62,857 bases of DNA, taken from assembly GCF_001194135.2 (NCBI RefSeq), contig NC_068989.1:40942290-41005146 (forward strand). The letters are read 5' to 3'. This DNA is from Octopus bimaculoides. Lineage: Eukaryota. The position numbers were made by a program, and so were the translations under genes. The notes under the pieces were generated by a model, which made no database searches, was not told the DNA's origin, and was given only the letters and a program-made list of their open reading frames with translations. Each line of letters opens with the position of its first letter. The first letter of the stretch is position 1. Positions 10,983-22,479 of the stretch are shown here, piece by piece.

Positions 10983-12603
10983 NNNNNNNNNNNNNNNNNN
11001 NNNNNNNNNNNNNNNNNNNNNNNNNNNNNNNNNNNNNNNNNNNNNNNNNNNNNNNNNNNNNNNNNNNNNNNNNNNNNNNNNNNNNNNNNNNNNNNNNNNN
11101 NNNNNNNNNNNNNNNNNNNNNNNNNNNNNNNNNNNNNNNNNNNNNNNNNNNNNNNNNNNNNNNNNNNNNNNNNNNNNNNNNNNNNNNNNNNNNNNNNNNN
11201 NNNNNNNNNNNNNNNNNNNNNNNNNNNNNNNNNNNNNNNNNNNNNNNNNNNNNNNNNNNNNNNNNNNNNNNNNNNNNNNNNNNNNNNNNNNNNNNNNNNN
11301 NNNNNNNNNNNNNNNNNNNNNNNNNNNNNNNNNNNNNNNNNNNNNNNNNNNNNNNNNNNNNNNNNNNNNNNNNNNNNNNNNNNNNNNNNNNNNNNNNNNN
11401 NNNNNNNNNNNNNNNNNNNNNNNNNNNNNNNNNNNNNNNNNNNNNNNNNNNNNNNNNNNNNNNNNNNNNNNNNNNNNNNNNNNNNNNNNNNNNNNNNNNN
11501 NNNNNNNNNNNNNNNNNNNNNNNNNNNNNNNNNNNNNNNNGGACATAATGGAAGTAAATTACAAATTTAACGCAGCGAAAAATAGTTGAATTCAAAATAA
11601 ACTGTCATTTAAACAAAATTAAAGACAGTTATGCTCCTCTTTAACGACAGAGGCTAATGCATTATTTAAATTTGTTTTAGAAATTCCAAAGAATCATCGA
11701 CAATAATAATTCTGTTAGTGAAGTCAGAAAATATCAGTCGATCTTGTATGAATTCAATCGCGATACTAAAATATCAACAAACGTGACGAAGAAATAACAA
11801 ACTTCACAAAATATTTTCCATGATTAAATATAACAATGACAAAAGAACAGGATGTGTCTTCCAGCAGAATAATGTAAATACAGATGTGGCAGGTTTAAAG
11901 CTCAGTGGGGAATGACTAATTTACATTTAACATTCCTGCAATAAGTGGAGCAATAGAATGCAAAAATAATAAGTGATAGTCTGCAGCGGAAAATATAATG
12001 TAATATAGTCACAATTAACGAGCGAATATTACTCTGGCAGAATGTATCATGCTTTTGTTAACTCTTTTTAGATATCAAACAGATATAAACTTCTTCACGA
12101 TCCTCTCACCCTTGGCGTAATGGATCATCATGCATTTATCTACTGAAGGGAGAATGGGGCTGCTCCAGCAGACATTTGGTATTCATTCTGGGACTGAATA
12201 AACTGGAGTAACGTGAAATAAAGCACCGTACTCAGGGACATTATGTACAGGTTTGGCTTAGTAACATTGTAGATCCCTGGACAAGTAAATGCACAGGATC
12301 ATATGATATTTATTTACTGAAAGTAAGCCACCGCATACGTTAATCAGAATTGGGCCCCTAAAAGCCCTATGCTCCGGTGTGCCCATGCTTTTAGATGGTA
12401 CTGCTCATGGGTCATATGATCATGAACCTCGCACTCAGGCTACAAGACGAGGTACTTTCACATGCAGTAGAAAATCGTGTGCACAAAGTAGCATCAGTTT
12501 GCTGCCGATAAAACGAGAGCTAAGAACTGGGAAAAGCATTTTTATAAAGAAAGTTGCTGCTTGTCAATAAAAACAAAAATACATACCAAACCGAAGACAC
12601 GAA

Positions 12604-12748
12604 CAGTGCGTAACTGGTACTTAATTTATCGACCCTGAAAGGATGAAAGGCAAAGTCGACCTCGGCGGAATTTGAACTTCGAACGTAACGGCAGACGAAA
12701 TACCGCTAAGTATTTCGCCCGACGCTCTAAAGATTCTGCCAGCTCGCC
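12604..12748 (-). mobile_element. SINE family A (runs into gap)
   Basis: Well-conserved reverse copy ending gattctgccagctcgcc at the gap edge. Confidence 0.85.
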
Positions 12749-13534
12749 NNNNNNNNNNNNNNNNNNNNNNNNNNNNNNNNNNNNNNNNNNNNNNNNNNNN
12801 NNNNNNNNNNNNNNNNNNNNNNNNNNNNNNNNNNNNNNNNNNNNNNNNNNNNNNNNNNNNNNNNNNNNNNNNNNNNNNNNNNNNNNNNNNNNNNNNNNNN
12901 NNNNNNNNNNNNNNNNNNNNNNNNNNNNNNNNNNNNNNNNNNNNNNNNNNNNNNNNNNNNNNNNNNNNNNNNNNNNNNNNNNNNNNNNNNNNNNNNNNNN
13001 NNNNNNNNNNNNNNNNNNNNNNNNNNNNNNNNNNNNNNNNNNNNNNNNNNNNNNNNNNNNNNNNNNNNNNNNNNNNNNNNNNNNNNNNNNNNNNNNNNNN
13101 NNNNNNNNNNNNNNNNNNNNNNNNNNNNNNNNNNNNNNNNNNNNNNNNNNNNNNNNNNNNNNNNNNNNNNNNNNNNNNNNNNNNNNNNNNNNNNNNNNNN
13201 NNNNNNNNNNNNNNNNNNNNNNNNNNNNNNNNNNNNNNNNNNNNNNNNNNNNNNNNNNNNNNNNNNNNNNNNNNNNNNNNNNNNNNNNNNNNNNNNNNNN
13301 NNNNNNNNNNNNNNNNNNNNNNNNNNNNNNNNNNNNNNNNNNNNNNNNNNNNNNNNNNNNNNNNNNNNNNNNNNNNNNNNNNNNNNNNNNNNNNNNNNNN
13401 NNNNNNNNNNNNNNNNNNNNNNNNNNNNNNNNNNNNNNNNNNNNNNNNNNNNNNNNNNNNNNNNNNNNNNNNNNNNNNNNNNNNNNNNNNNNNNNNNNNN
13501 NNNNNNNNNNNNNNNNNNNNNNNNNNNNNNNNNN

Positions 13535-13571
13535 GAGAGAGAGAGAAAGAGAAAGAGAGAAAGAGAGAGAT

Positions 13572-13601
<30 letters not shown>
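13535..13601. repeat. (GA)n-rich microsatellite
   Basis: GA/GAAA run at the gap edge. Confidence 0.95.
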
Positions 13602-13602
<1 letters not shown>

Positions 13603-13701
13603 TGACATTGTTTTATGTTTATTTATTTTAATTTATAAAGGTTTATATCTTTTAATAATTGACATTTTTATGTTTCAGTCTCTATATGTGACTGTTTAAT
13701 C

Positions 13702-14665
13702 ATGCCATTTACAAAAGAAGCCTTGGAACTGTCTGAAATTCAAAGAAGCCGTATTGTGGGTCATTCCAAGGTGGACATAGTCAGCGTAAAATCGCAGAAA
13801 ACCTTGGCATCCTGCTTTCTACAGTTAATAGAGTGATTGTGCAATTCACCAGAGAAGGGTAGAAGTCCACATCATCTCGCTCATATCAGTCAGGGCCCTC
13901 TAACAAGACCCTTCTCATTATTAAGAGAAGTGTAGAAGATAATCCTCGTTGCAAGGCCTCTGACATAGCAGAACAAGTTCATGTCAGTTCCAGAACAGCT
14001 TGGTTATTATGGCAGAGCAGCAAGAAGGAAGCCACTTTTTCGACCAGCCAACATCAAACGGGAAAAGATTGGTCCAGTGAGATGGTGGAGAGGCGGCGAC
14101 TAGCATTTTGGGTCGCTACCATATTCTCTGATGAGCCCAGATTTGTTGTATTTCCTGACAGTGATCGGGTATGAGTTTGGAGATTTTGTGATGAAGAATT
14201 TGATGTGAAGCTATTACAATCAACAATGACACGCGCAGCTATTCTGTAATGATCTGGGGAGCAATTTGGAGCAATGGTTGATCAGAGCTGGTGGAGTGTG
14301 AGGAAAATATAAACTCAGATAAATATTTGCCCATATTGCAGAAAGGATGCCTTCCAATCTTTTCCAGGGGTGAAATGATTAAAGAAGACTCTTTATTTGC
14401 GGACGATGAGGCTCCTTGTCACACGGCTAAAATGCCCCAAGATCTGTTGGATGAGAATGGTATTAAGAAGTTTCTATGGCTGAGCCAGTCACCAGATATG
14501 AATCCTATTGAACACCTCTGAGACATAATGGACAGAACACTTTTGAGATTATTGCATGAAACTTGGCAAGAAATTCCGCAAGAGAATATTCGTCATTTGA
14601 TCAGTAACATGCCTAATAGGGTCCTTGCATTGAAAAATGCAAAGGGTATGTCTGCTAAATATTAA
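13702..14665 (+). mobile_element. Tc1-like (DD34E) transposase pseudogene
   Basis: N-terminal HTH ([23 protein letters not shown]), IFSDEPRF, and DEAPCHTA..QSPDMNPIEHL with 34 residues between D and E; frameshifts and stops. TIRs not identified. Confidence 0.88.
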
Positions 14666-14886
14666 ATATTTACACTATAGCAAAAAATAATTTGAATGAA
14701 TAACTTCAGATTTAAATAAGTCTTAATGATAATAAGGGTGTCTATTTACTTCTCAACAGCAACCCCTATCACTACCCCCAATGCAGAAACTGCCTTCCTC
14801 ACGGTCAATAAGCCATGTTTCTTTCGAGCACTATTCCAGTCTCAACACTTTTGCTGAATGCACAAGGCATCAGTCCATACTTTAAT

Positions 14887-15042
14887 TCGACCCTAGTACG
14901 CAACTGGTACTTAATTTATCGACTCCGAAAAGATGAAAGGCAAAGTCGAGCTCGGAAGAATTTGAATTCAGCACGTAAAGACAGATGAAATACGATGAGC
15001 ATTTCACACGGCGTGCTAACGATAATGCCAGCTCACCGCCTT
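14887..15042 (-). mobile_element. SINE family A
   Basis: Reverse copy ending gccagctcaccgcctt. Confidence 0.85.
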
Positions 15043-15063
15043 ACAGTTCTGTAAATGATAATA

Positions 15064-16353
15064 TTGGGTTGTCCAGAAAGTTCGTGCCGATTTTTAAAGG
15101 AAAGAAAAAGGTCAATAAATACTTGCCATTACATTTTCAATCAACCAAATATGAACCATTTTGTTGCACAATGCATCTCCATCTTTCCTTTAACTTGAAA
15201 ATACCCTCTTCTCAGAACTGGGGTGGTTTCATGGCAAAGAATTCATCAAGGTATCTTTTTACGTCATCCAAGGAATTGAAAATTTTACCATTAAGACTAT
15301 TCTATTCTCCAGAGACCTGACTAAGGGAAAATCCGAAGGTGCTATATCTATTGAATATGGAGGGTGGGGTAACACATCCCAACCAAGCTGCAGCAATTTT
15401 TGTCTGGTTCCCAAAGAAACGTGCAGTCTTGCATTATCATGTTGGAAAACAACACCCTTCCTGTTGGCCAATTCTGGACGTTTCTCTTGAATTGCTGCTT
15501 TTAACTCGTCCAGTTGTGTGCAGTATTTCTCAGAATTAATTGTCTGGTTACTTGGGAGAAGCTCATAGTACAGAATTCCTTTCCAATCCCACCAGACACA
15601 AAGCAAGACTTTTTTATGGTGAAGACCCGCTTTTGGGGTGGCAAAGGGTGGCTGATGTCGCTTACTCCAGGATCGCTTTCTCTGAACATTTCGGTAGATA
15701 ATCCTTTTCTCATCACCTGTCACAATTTGCTTTAAAAAAGGCGCGTTTTCATTCCGTTTATAAAGCGAATCACAGATGGAAATGCGATCCAAAAGGTTCT
15801 TCTCACTCAACTCATGTGGTACCCAAACATCGTAGCGATTTGTGTACCCAAGCTTTACCAGGTGCTCATGAACGACGGATTTTGATAGATTGAGGCTTTC
15901 TGCCAATTCTCGGGTTGTGCAATGTGGGTTATTCTCAATTAATGACTTCATTTGGTCATCATCTGTAGTGGATGGTCTTGCTGATCGCTCTTTATCAAAA
16001 AGGCTACAATCTCCAGCACCGAACCTTGCGAACCACTTCTGTACAGTTCTATCGGATAAAGAAACATCACCGTAAACTGCGCATATTTCTTTGGTTACTT
16101 GTGAGGCATTTTTCCCTTTACAGAAAAAGAAAAGCATCAAGTGCCAAAAATGAACTTTCTTATCTTCCATTTTAAATGGTTACAGAATTAACACAGGTTA
16201 TAGGAACATAAACCTTCTTCCACGAAAGGATAGCTTAAACTGTGCTCTAAATGGAGGTGTAGTCAAATCCTATTTTATGGACTCAACCATGTTCTAAAAA
16301 TAAGTCAAAAGGTGAGCAACTATACATCGGCACGAACTTTCCGGACAACCCAA
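15064..16353 (-). mobile_element. Full-length 1290-bp mariner (DD34D) transposon
   Basis: TA at 15062-15063 and 16354-16355; 28-bp TIRs ttgggttgtcc(a/g)gaaagttcgtgccgat with one mismatch. Confidence 0.96.
15259..16170 (-). CDS. Mariner transposase, 303-aa ORF with a frameshifted C-terminus (native stop would be at 15137-15139); probably inactive
   Basis: HTH region, [30 protein letters not shown] (DD34D). A 5-bp duplication at 15297-15306 shifts the frame; in-frame TGA at 15212-15214 in the native frame. Confidence 0.85.
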   Translation of the reverse strand: MEDKKVHFWHLMLFFFCKGKNASQVTKEICAVYGDVSLSDRTVQKWFARFGAGDCSLFDKERSARPSTTDDDQMKSLIENNPHCTTRELAESLNLSKSVVHEHLVKLGYTNRYDVWVPHELSEKNLLDRISICDSLYKRNENAPFLKQIVTGDEKRIIYRNVQRKRSWSKRHQPPFATPKAGLHHKKVLLCVWWDWKGILYYELLPSNQTINSEKYCTQLDELKAAIQEKRPELANRKGVVFQHDNARLHVSLGTRQKLLQLGWDVLPHPPYSIDIAPSDFPLVRSLENRIVLMVKFSIPWMT

Positions 16354-17222
16354 TAATAGTATTTTATAAGCTTAAAGATTATAAGCGATCACCGTGCAAT
16401 GACTAAACAAAAAAGTCTAATGATGAGGAACATAAGGCCTCGAACGTAAAAAGTAGGTTTTCTCCTACGTTTTTTCGTCGATGGCTTATATGCCCCATTN
16501 NNNNNNNNNNNNNNNNNNNNNNNNNNNNNNNNNNNNNNNNNNNNNNNNNNNNNNNNNNNNNNNNNNNNNNNNNNNNNNNNNNNNNNNNNNNNNNNNNNNN
16601 NNNNNNNNNNNNNNNNNNNNNNNNNNNNNNNNNNNNNNNNNNNNNNNNNNNNNNNNNNNNNNNTGTGTGTGTGTGTGTGTGTGTGTGAGTGTGTATGTAT
16701 CTATATATATATTCGGGAAAACATGACAATTTGCATAAGTGGAAAAGAAACAAAATATTCTATTCACAAATAAAAGCATTTAAAAAAAATGTAACTGGGT
16801 TTTGGCTGTGAGATAATAGTTTACTCACTGTACACAATAATTTTACATTAAGCTGGAGGATTAATCGATACCTTTTGTAGAGTATATATTTATCATGCTT
16901 TAACAATAATAGTACAGGCTATATCTATATGTATGTATGTATGTTAGTAGCTTAAGAACCCGTACGTCATAGAAAACAGGCACTCGCATATTTGCCAATT
17001 TATTCTATACATTATTATGTATCCATTTCAGTCGATTTTAACAATCGGTTTCTCACACGAGTTAGGTGACAACTTACGAAAGTCTCATCAGAAAGGCTAG
17101 TATGGCAGCATCGATATACTTTTCATACTAGTCCCCGTCTAACGAGCGCTCTCATCTAACTGGTGTATGAAGCCGATTGGCAAATTGGCTGAATTGAGTC
17201 TATAATACTGTACAGTATAAAT

Positions 17223-17381
<159 letters not shown>

Positions 17382-17529
17382 TTATTTCAAAATCTGACAG
17401 TGTACTCTGAGTTTTACTGTTGCTGTTCACTACCAATTTACAGCAGACTTTTCATATAATAAATATATCTACCCAACGTATTGAGCATCATACAGTTCTA
17501 TACAGGTATTGCTTGATCATGTTAAATAT

Positions 17530-17747
17530 AAGGCGGCGAGCTGGCAGAATCGTTAGCAAGCCGAGCGAAATGTTTAGCGTATTACGTCTGTCTTTACGTT
17601 GTGAGTCCAAATTCCACGGAGGTCGACTTTGCCATTCATCTTTTCGGGTTCAATTAATTAAGTACCAGTTGCTTATTGGGGTGGATCTAATCGAATGGCC
17701 TCTTTCCCAAACATTTCGGGCCTTGTACCTAGAGTAGAAAAGATAAT
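17530..17747 (+). mobile_element. SINE family A, full length
   Basis: aaggcggcgagctggcagaatcg (A-box-like), gagtccaaattcc (B-box-like), 3' end gggccttgtacctagagtagaaaag. Confidence 0.88.
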
Positions 17748-18291
17748 GTTAGATATATATATATATTTTTATACTTTACAACTCTTACATTACGATGTAT
17801 GTGTGTGTGTATTCCTACTTCTCATTATATATGCTTTTATGTGTGCTGACACATATGTGAATGTTGCAGCTGCTAATTTTATTTATGCGGCCGTTAACTT
17901 GACCAGCAAAACCAGACTTTCCCCTTCGTTTCGTTCTTATACACGCTTTTGTTGTCCTTGTTCTCACTTCGACTAACACCCCTCTCCTTTTCTCTCTCTA
18001 CCTCTATCTCTTTATCTATTTATCTCTTTCTTTCTTTCCTTTTCTCCTTTCTCTTTTCTGTCCCACACAAGCGAAACCTCCAACGCTCTGGTACTTCCTG
18101 TCATAACCCACTCTCTTCTGACAAAGGACACGAAACGTCTTTCTCTCCGAAGAAGGACCTTGGCTAAAAGTCACTTACAACTATTCCAACGACATATGCG
18201 CTTAAACCGTTGCTCCTATGTTCACTTAACTATATATGAACACACATCGTAAATATATATATACTTAGATATATGTACAAATTACAAAGGA

Positions 18292-18830
18292 TGGCTTATT
18301 AGCAATTAGAAGCTAAAAGCAAAATTAATAGATGTCACAAAAGTTATAGATGACATTGACTAGTACCGCATTGCTATCAAAATCCGAAATCGTGATCCGG
18401 CTATGTACCCTGGGGACATACCTCCCATTGTCAGTCATTAAGTTCAGTGCTTTTGTGGCTTTGAGTTACTTTAACTCTTATTTTTAGTAGAAGTGGTGCT
18501 AGTCAGTACCATCTGTCACTTTCCTGACCTCTGTCAATTTTGCCTTTAGCTTCTAATTGCTAATATGCCACCTTTTTTAATTTGTTGTTCACACTTTTAC
18601 CGTTTTGAAAATCAGCACATCTTATAAAACTGAGAGAGGTAGCTTGAGTTTAACCCTAGGCATTAAGAGACGCTGATGAGGATTAAGATGGTCAATGTCA
18701 AAATCCGAAATCGCGATATCTATCTACTGGGGACTTACCTCCCTTTATTAGTCGTTCAGTGCATTGTGGCTTTAAGTTATTTTAACTCTTATTTTGAGCA
18801 AAAGCGGTGCTAGTCATTACCATCTGTCAT
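18292..18830 (+). mobile_element. Hammerhead-containing partial tandem repeat (321-nt unit) with an inverted 5' segment; Penelope pLTR or non-LTR retrozyme-like
   Basis: 18377-18520 is repeated at 18698-18830 (offset 321). 18292-18370 is the imperfect reverse complement of 18493-18570. Hammerhead core at 18673-18718. Confidence 0.65.
18666..18725 (+). ncRNA. Type I hammerhead ribozyme motif (canonical core, damaged stem I)
   Basis: CTGATGA (18673-18679); stem II GGATT/AATCC (18680-18684, 18702-18706); GAAA (18707-18710); palindromic stem III ATCGCGAT; H17 = A18718. Confidence 0.6.
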
Positions 18831-19044
18831 TTTTGTATTTATATTATGTGTATGTATGTATGTAGGTATGTATGTATATGTATGCATGTGTGTATGTGTA
18901 TTGTTGACGTCATAAAAGCAATGGTATCCTATCATGTATACAGGAAATGTGGGTTTGAGTCCTATGGGTAGCCTTCGACTTTTTTTACGAAAAGATTTTC
19001 AAACGTAAAGACGAACTCGGAACAGAATTTTAACTCAAAATGTA

Positions 19045-19237
19045 AAAGGTGAGCGAATGTTTAGCATATTTCGTTGGTCTTTACATTCTGAGCTCAAATT
19101 CCGCTGAGGTTGACATTGCTTTTCATCCTTTTGGAATCGGTGAAATAACTGCCAGTTGAGCAATGGGATCAATATAATTGACGAGTCCCACGCGCCCAAA
19201 ATTTCAGGTCTTGTGCATATAGTAGAAAGAATCATTA
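19045..19237 (+). mobile_element. SINE family A (degenerate)
   Basis: gagctcaaattccgctgaggttgacattgcttttcatcc..aatttcaggtcttgtgc. Confidence 0.78.
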
Positions 19238-19262
19238 ATATCATAAATTTACAATTACACGG

Positions 19263-19316
<54 letters not shown>

Positions 19317-19319
19317 GAG

Positions 19320-19450
19320 AATATACAAAAAATAACAACAGACGAGGACAGGTGGTGTAAATAACAAAAGTATATATTAGTATGACGCTCGGGAATACGG
19401 AAAGTCTTTGACGTTTCGAGCTACGCTCTTCAACAGAAAGAATACGGAGA
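19320..19450 (-). mobile_element. Penelope pLTR-like repeat carrying a variant minimal hammerhead
   Basis: Similar to 23790-23920; hammerhead-like motif at 19405-19441. Confidence 0.55.
19405..19441 (-). ncRNA. Minimal type I hammerhead-like motif, variant core
   Basis: Minus strand TCTTT CTGTTGAA GAGC GTA GCTC GAAA CGT C AAAGA: 5-bp stem I, 4-bp stem II, ACGT palindromic stem III. Confidence 0.5.
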
Positions 19451-19635
19451 CAAGGAGAAAAACAAAAAAGGATGATAAAGGAGGTTTACAAAAGTGGAAA
19501 AGTTCAAAAGTTTTTTAGACGTCGTGGTATATTGAAGCGATTTCCAATCAGAAGATGGGTCCAGTGTAATCCGTGGGTAGAAGAGGTGCAGCCGGAGGGT
19601 ATAAAGTTCAGAATATCCATGTATGTATGTATATG

Positions 19636-19827
19636 TATATAATTTAATTTATATTAGGGCATTACTATACAATAATGCCTCACGCTTAGAGGGGCTTTTA
19701 GCTTTGAAAGTTGCATTCCCTCACGATCGGTAAAAATGTGCTTATTTTGGTAGTTTCGACTTATGGAGTCCCTCTAAGAGTGAGGCATTATTATATAGTA
19801 ATGCCCTTATATAAATTAAATTATATA
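19636..19827. mobile_element. MITE-like element or long inverted repeat
   Basis: 58-bp arms (19636-19693 and 19770-19827) with about 3 mismatches around a 76-bp spacer. Confidence 0.7.
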
Positions 19828-19975
19828 TATTTATGGAAAAAATGATGTTTTTTTTTCCATATGAGGTTTTTTCACGCTGACTACTTGATAAATTCTTATA
19901 AAGATTTTATCCTTACATTATATATATATATAACAAGTACACGGAATATATATATATATATTCTTACAAGTATAT

Positions 19976-20012
<37 letters not shown>

Positions 20013-20677
20013 ACAAACAGGAGAGAAAATATTTTATAAACAACCTCTCTTCTTTTGTTTCCTTTAGGTATACTGTTACAAGATACCCAAACGATAAGTC
20101 GAACATCATATGAGTTCTCGCTGCCCCAACTTCAATTATCTGGGAACACATATGGAATTCTCCTTGTTATTTGTCGTGCAATTTAAATTTCAAATCGTAC
20201 TGTGTAAATAAATACATCTCAGCGGGATTTGAACGCGGAACTTAAAGAGCCGGAACAAAAGCAAAGGGAATTTGATTTTTTTTTTTTCAATGCTCTGACG
20301 ATTCAGCTATCTATCGACCGCATATTCCGATGATGGAATATGTATCAGTTATTTAATAAGCTTGATTCAGTTAACTATTGCCCTACATTAAGTGTGTCAA
20401 GATAAAAGATATCAATGTCTTTCTGGAAATATTCAGGTTGATTATTAAAACCTACTTCAATTGAAAATAGCTAGAAAAAAGCAAAAACTATTGGGTGTGT
20501 TTGTGTGTGTGCGCGCGCGCGCATTCCTTAGGTGTTACTCAACGAACGATGCGTCGCTGTGTGGTTCAGATGTCTTCATCGTAATCACATTGTTTCGGGC
20601 TCAATCTTAGGGCGAATGTCTTTGTTGAAGCGTGCCAAAGGAGTCATCACCCTTGATGGAGTAGTAGAAATAATAAA

Positions 20678-20987
20678 AACTGGCACTCCGTCAGTTACGA
20701 TGATGGAAGCTCCAGTTGATCCGATCAACTGAACAGCCTGCTCGTGAAATTAACGTGCAAGTTGCTGAGCACTCCACAGACACGCGTATCCTTAATATAG
20801 TTCTCAGGGAGATTCAACGTGAAACAGAATGTAATAAGGCCGGCCCTTTGAATCACATGTACAACTCATTTTTGCCAGCTGAGTGGACTGGAGCAACGTG
20901 AAATAAAGTGCCTTGCTTAAAGACACAGTGCGCAACCGGGAATCGAACTTACGATCGTAAGCCATTTATCTTAACCACTAAGCCACC
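20678..20987 (-). mobile_element. tRNA-derived SINE family C (CORE-like body), full length
   Basis: Minus strand ggtggcttagtggttaag..gttcgattcccgg, then ..aaggcactttatttcacgttgctccagtccactcagctg..; related copies at 44555, 45722 and 50700. Confidence 0.8.
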
Positions 20988-21228
20988 TACCTTCACCATT
21001 GTAGAGACAATACATCACTGGGTTAAGTCCACTGGTTTAATACCTCGCCGTTTTAACGCCGCCGAGTCACTTTTTGTCGTTGTTTCCTGTTTTGAAAACA
21101 TTGATTGGGGGTAGGAGTTCAGGCTTGAGATAACAAAATCTTTCTTTCCTTCCCTCTAATTAATCTCCAAGACCTTGTAATGAGTCATGGGCGCTACCGT
21201 GTTTGTGTAAGGTATCTTTTACCGTTAT

Positions 21229-21600
21229 CTTTTACTTGTTTCGGTCACTGGACTATAGCCATGGATGGGCACTAATTTGAATGGTTTCGTCGAAGAAATC
21301 GATCCTAGTAATTATTATTTTTTATAATATAGCACTTATTCTATCGGTCTCTTTTGCCATACTGCTAAGTTATGAGAACGTAAACTAACACCGCTTGTCA
21401 AGAAGTGGTCATAGACAAACACTGCACAGACACAGAGACACGTACACAAGCGCTCGCGCGCATCAGGTGTTGTTCCGGGGTTTTGGGTTAGCCAAGGGCT
21501 ATAATAGATGACATTTTCTTCAGGTGCCGCGCAATTGAACTGAACCCAAGATTACATGGCTGGGAAGCAAGCTTCTTAACCATACAGTCACGCCTGTGCG
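21229..21600 (-). mobile_element. tRNA-derived SINE family B (degenerate)
   Basis: Reverse match to the 60591-60990 copy (gtatggttaagaagcttgc..ggcacc..gcaaaagagaccgatagaataagt..gaaacaagtaaaag). Confidence 0.78.
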
Positions 21601-22420
21601 TGACTGTATGCGTATTTAACTCATTTGTTTTCGTATTTCATGTTGTTTGCTGTTGGTGACGCCCTGTACCTATATATGCATATATATAGGTATATATATA
21701 TATATATNNNNNNNNNNNNNNNNNNNNNNNNNNNNNNNNNNNNNNNNNNNNNNNNNNNNNNNNNNNNNNNNNNNNNNNNNNNNNNNNNNNNNNNNNNNNN
21801 NNNNNNNNNNNNNNNNNNNNNNNNNNNNNNNNNNNNNNNNNNNNNNNNNNNNNNNNNNNNNNNNNNNNNNNNNNNNNNNNNNNNNNNNNNNNNNNNNNNN
21901 NNNNNNNNNNNNNNNNNNNNNNNNNNNNNNNNNNNNNNNNNNNNNNNNNNNNNNNNNNNNNNNNNNNNNNNNNNNNNNNNNNNNNNNNNNNNNNNNNNNN
22001 NNNNNNNNNNNNNNNNNNNNNNNNNNNNNNNNNNNNNNNNNNNNNNNNNNNNNNNNNNNNNNNNNNNNNNNNNNNNNNNNNNNNNNNNNNNNNNNNNNNN
22101 NNNNNNNNNNNNNNNNNNNNNNNNNNNNNNNNNNNNNNNNNNNNNNNNNNNNNNNNNNNNNNNNNNNNNNNNNNNNNNNNNNNNNNNNNNNNNNNNNNNN
22201 NNNNNNNNNNNNNNNNNNNNNNNNNNNNNNNNNNNNNNNNNNNNNNNNNNNNNNNNNNNNNNNNNNNNNNNNNNNNNNNNNNNNNNNNNNNNNNNNNNNN
22301 NNNNNNNNNNNNNNNNNNNNNNNNNNNNNNNNNNNNNNNNNNNNNNNNNNNNNNNNNNNNNNNNNNNNNNNNNNNNNNNNNNNNNNNNNNNNNNNNNNNN
22401 NNNNNNNNNNNNNNNNNNNN

Positions 22421-22479
<59 letters not shown>

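Noticed and set aside
11678-11745. Candidate exon (tttgttttAG|AAATTCCAAAG..GATCTT|GTATGA; KFQRIIDNNNSVSEVRKYQSI)
   Set aside because: Short, no recognisable homology and an ordinary splice signal; consistent with chance.
16416-16450. aTGATGAGG..CCTCGAACGT hammerhead-like string
   Set aside because: C3 and one A of GAAA are missing and there is no stem I; too degenerate to support.
17045-17095. Minus-strand CTGATGA followed by a GACTT/AAGTT stem and a distant GAAAC
   Set aside because: No GAAA directly after stem II, and stem III and the NUH triplet do not form.
18292-18570. Initial reading as a MITE with 78-bp TIRs
   Set aside because: The interior continues as a 321-nt tandem unit carrying a hammerhead, which fits a PLE or retrozyme inversion better. 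No TSD was seen.
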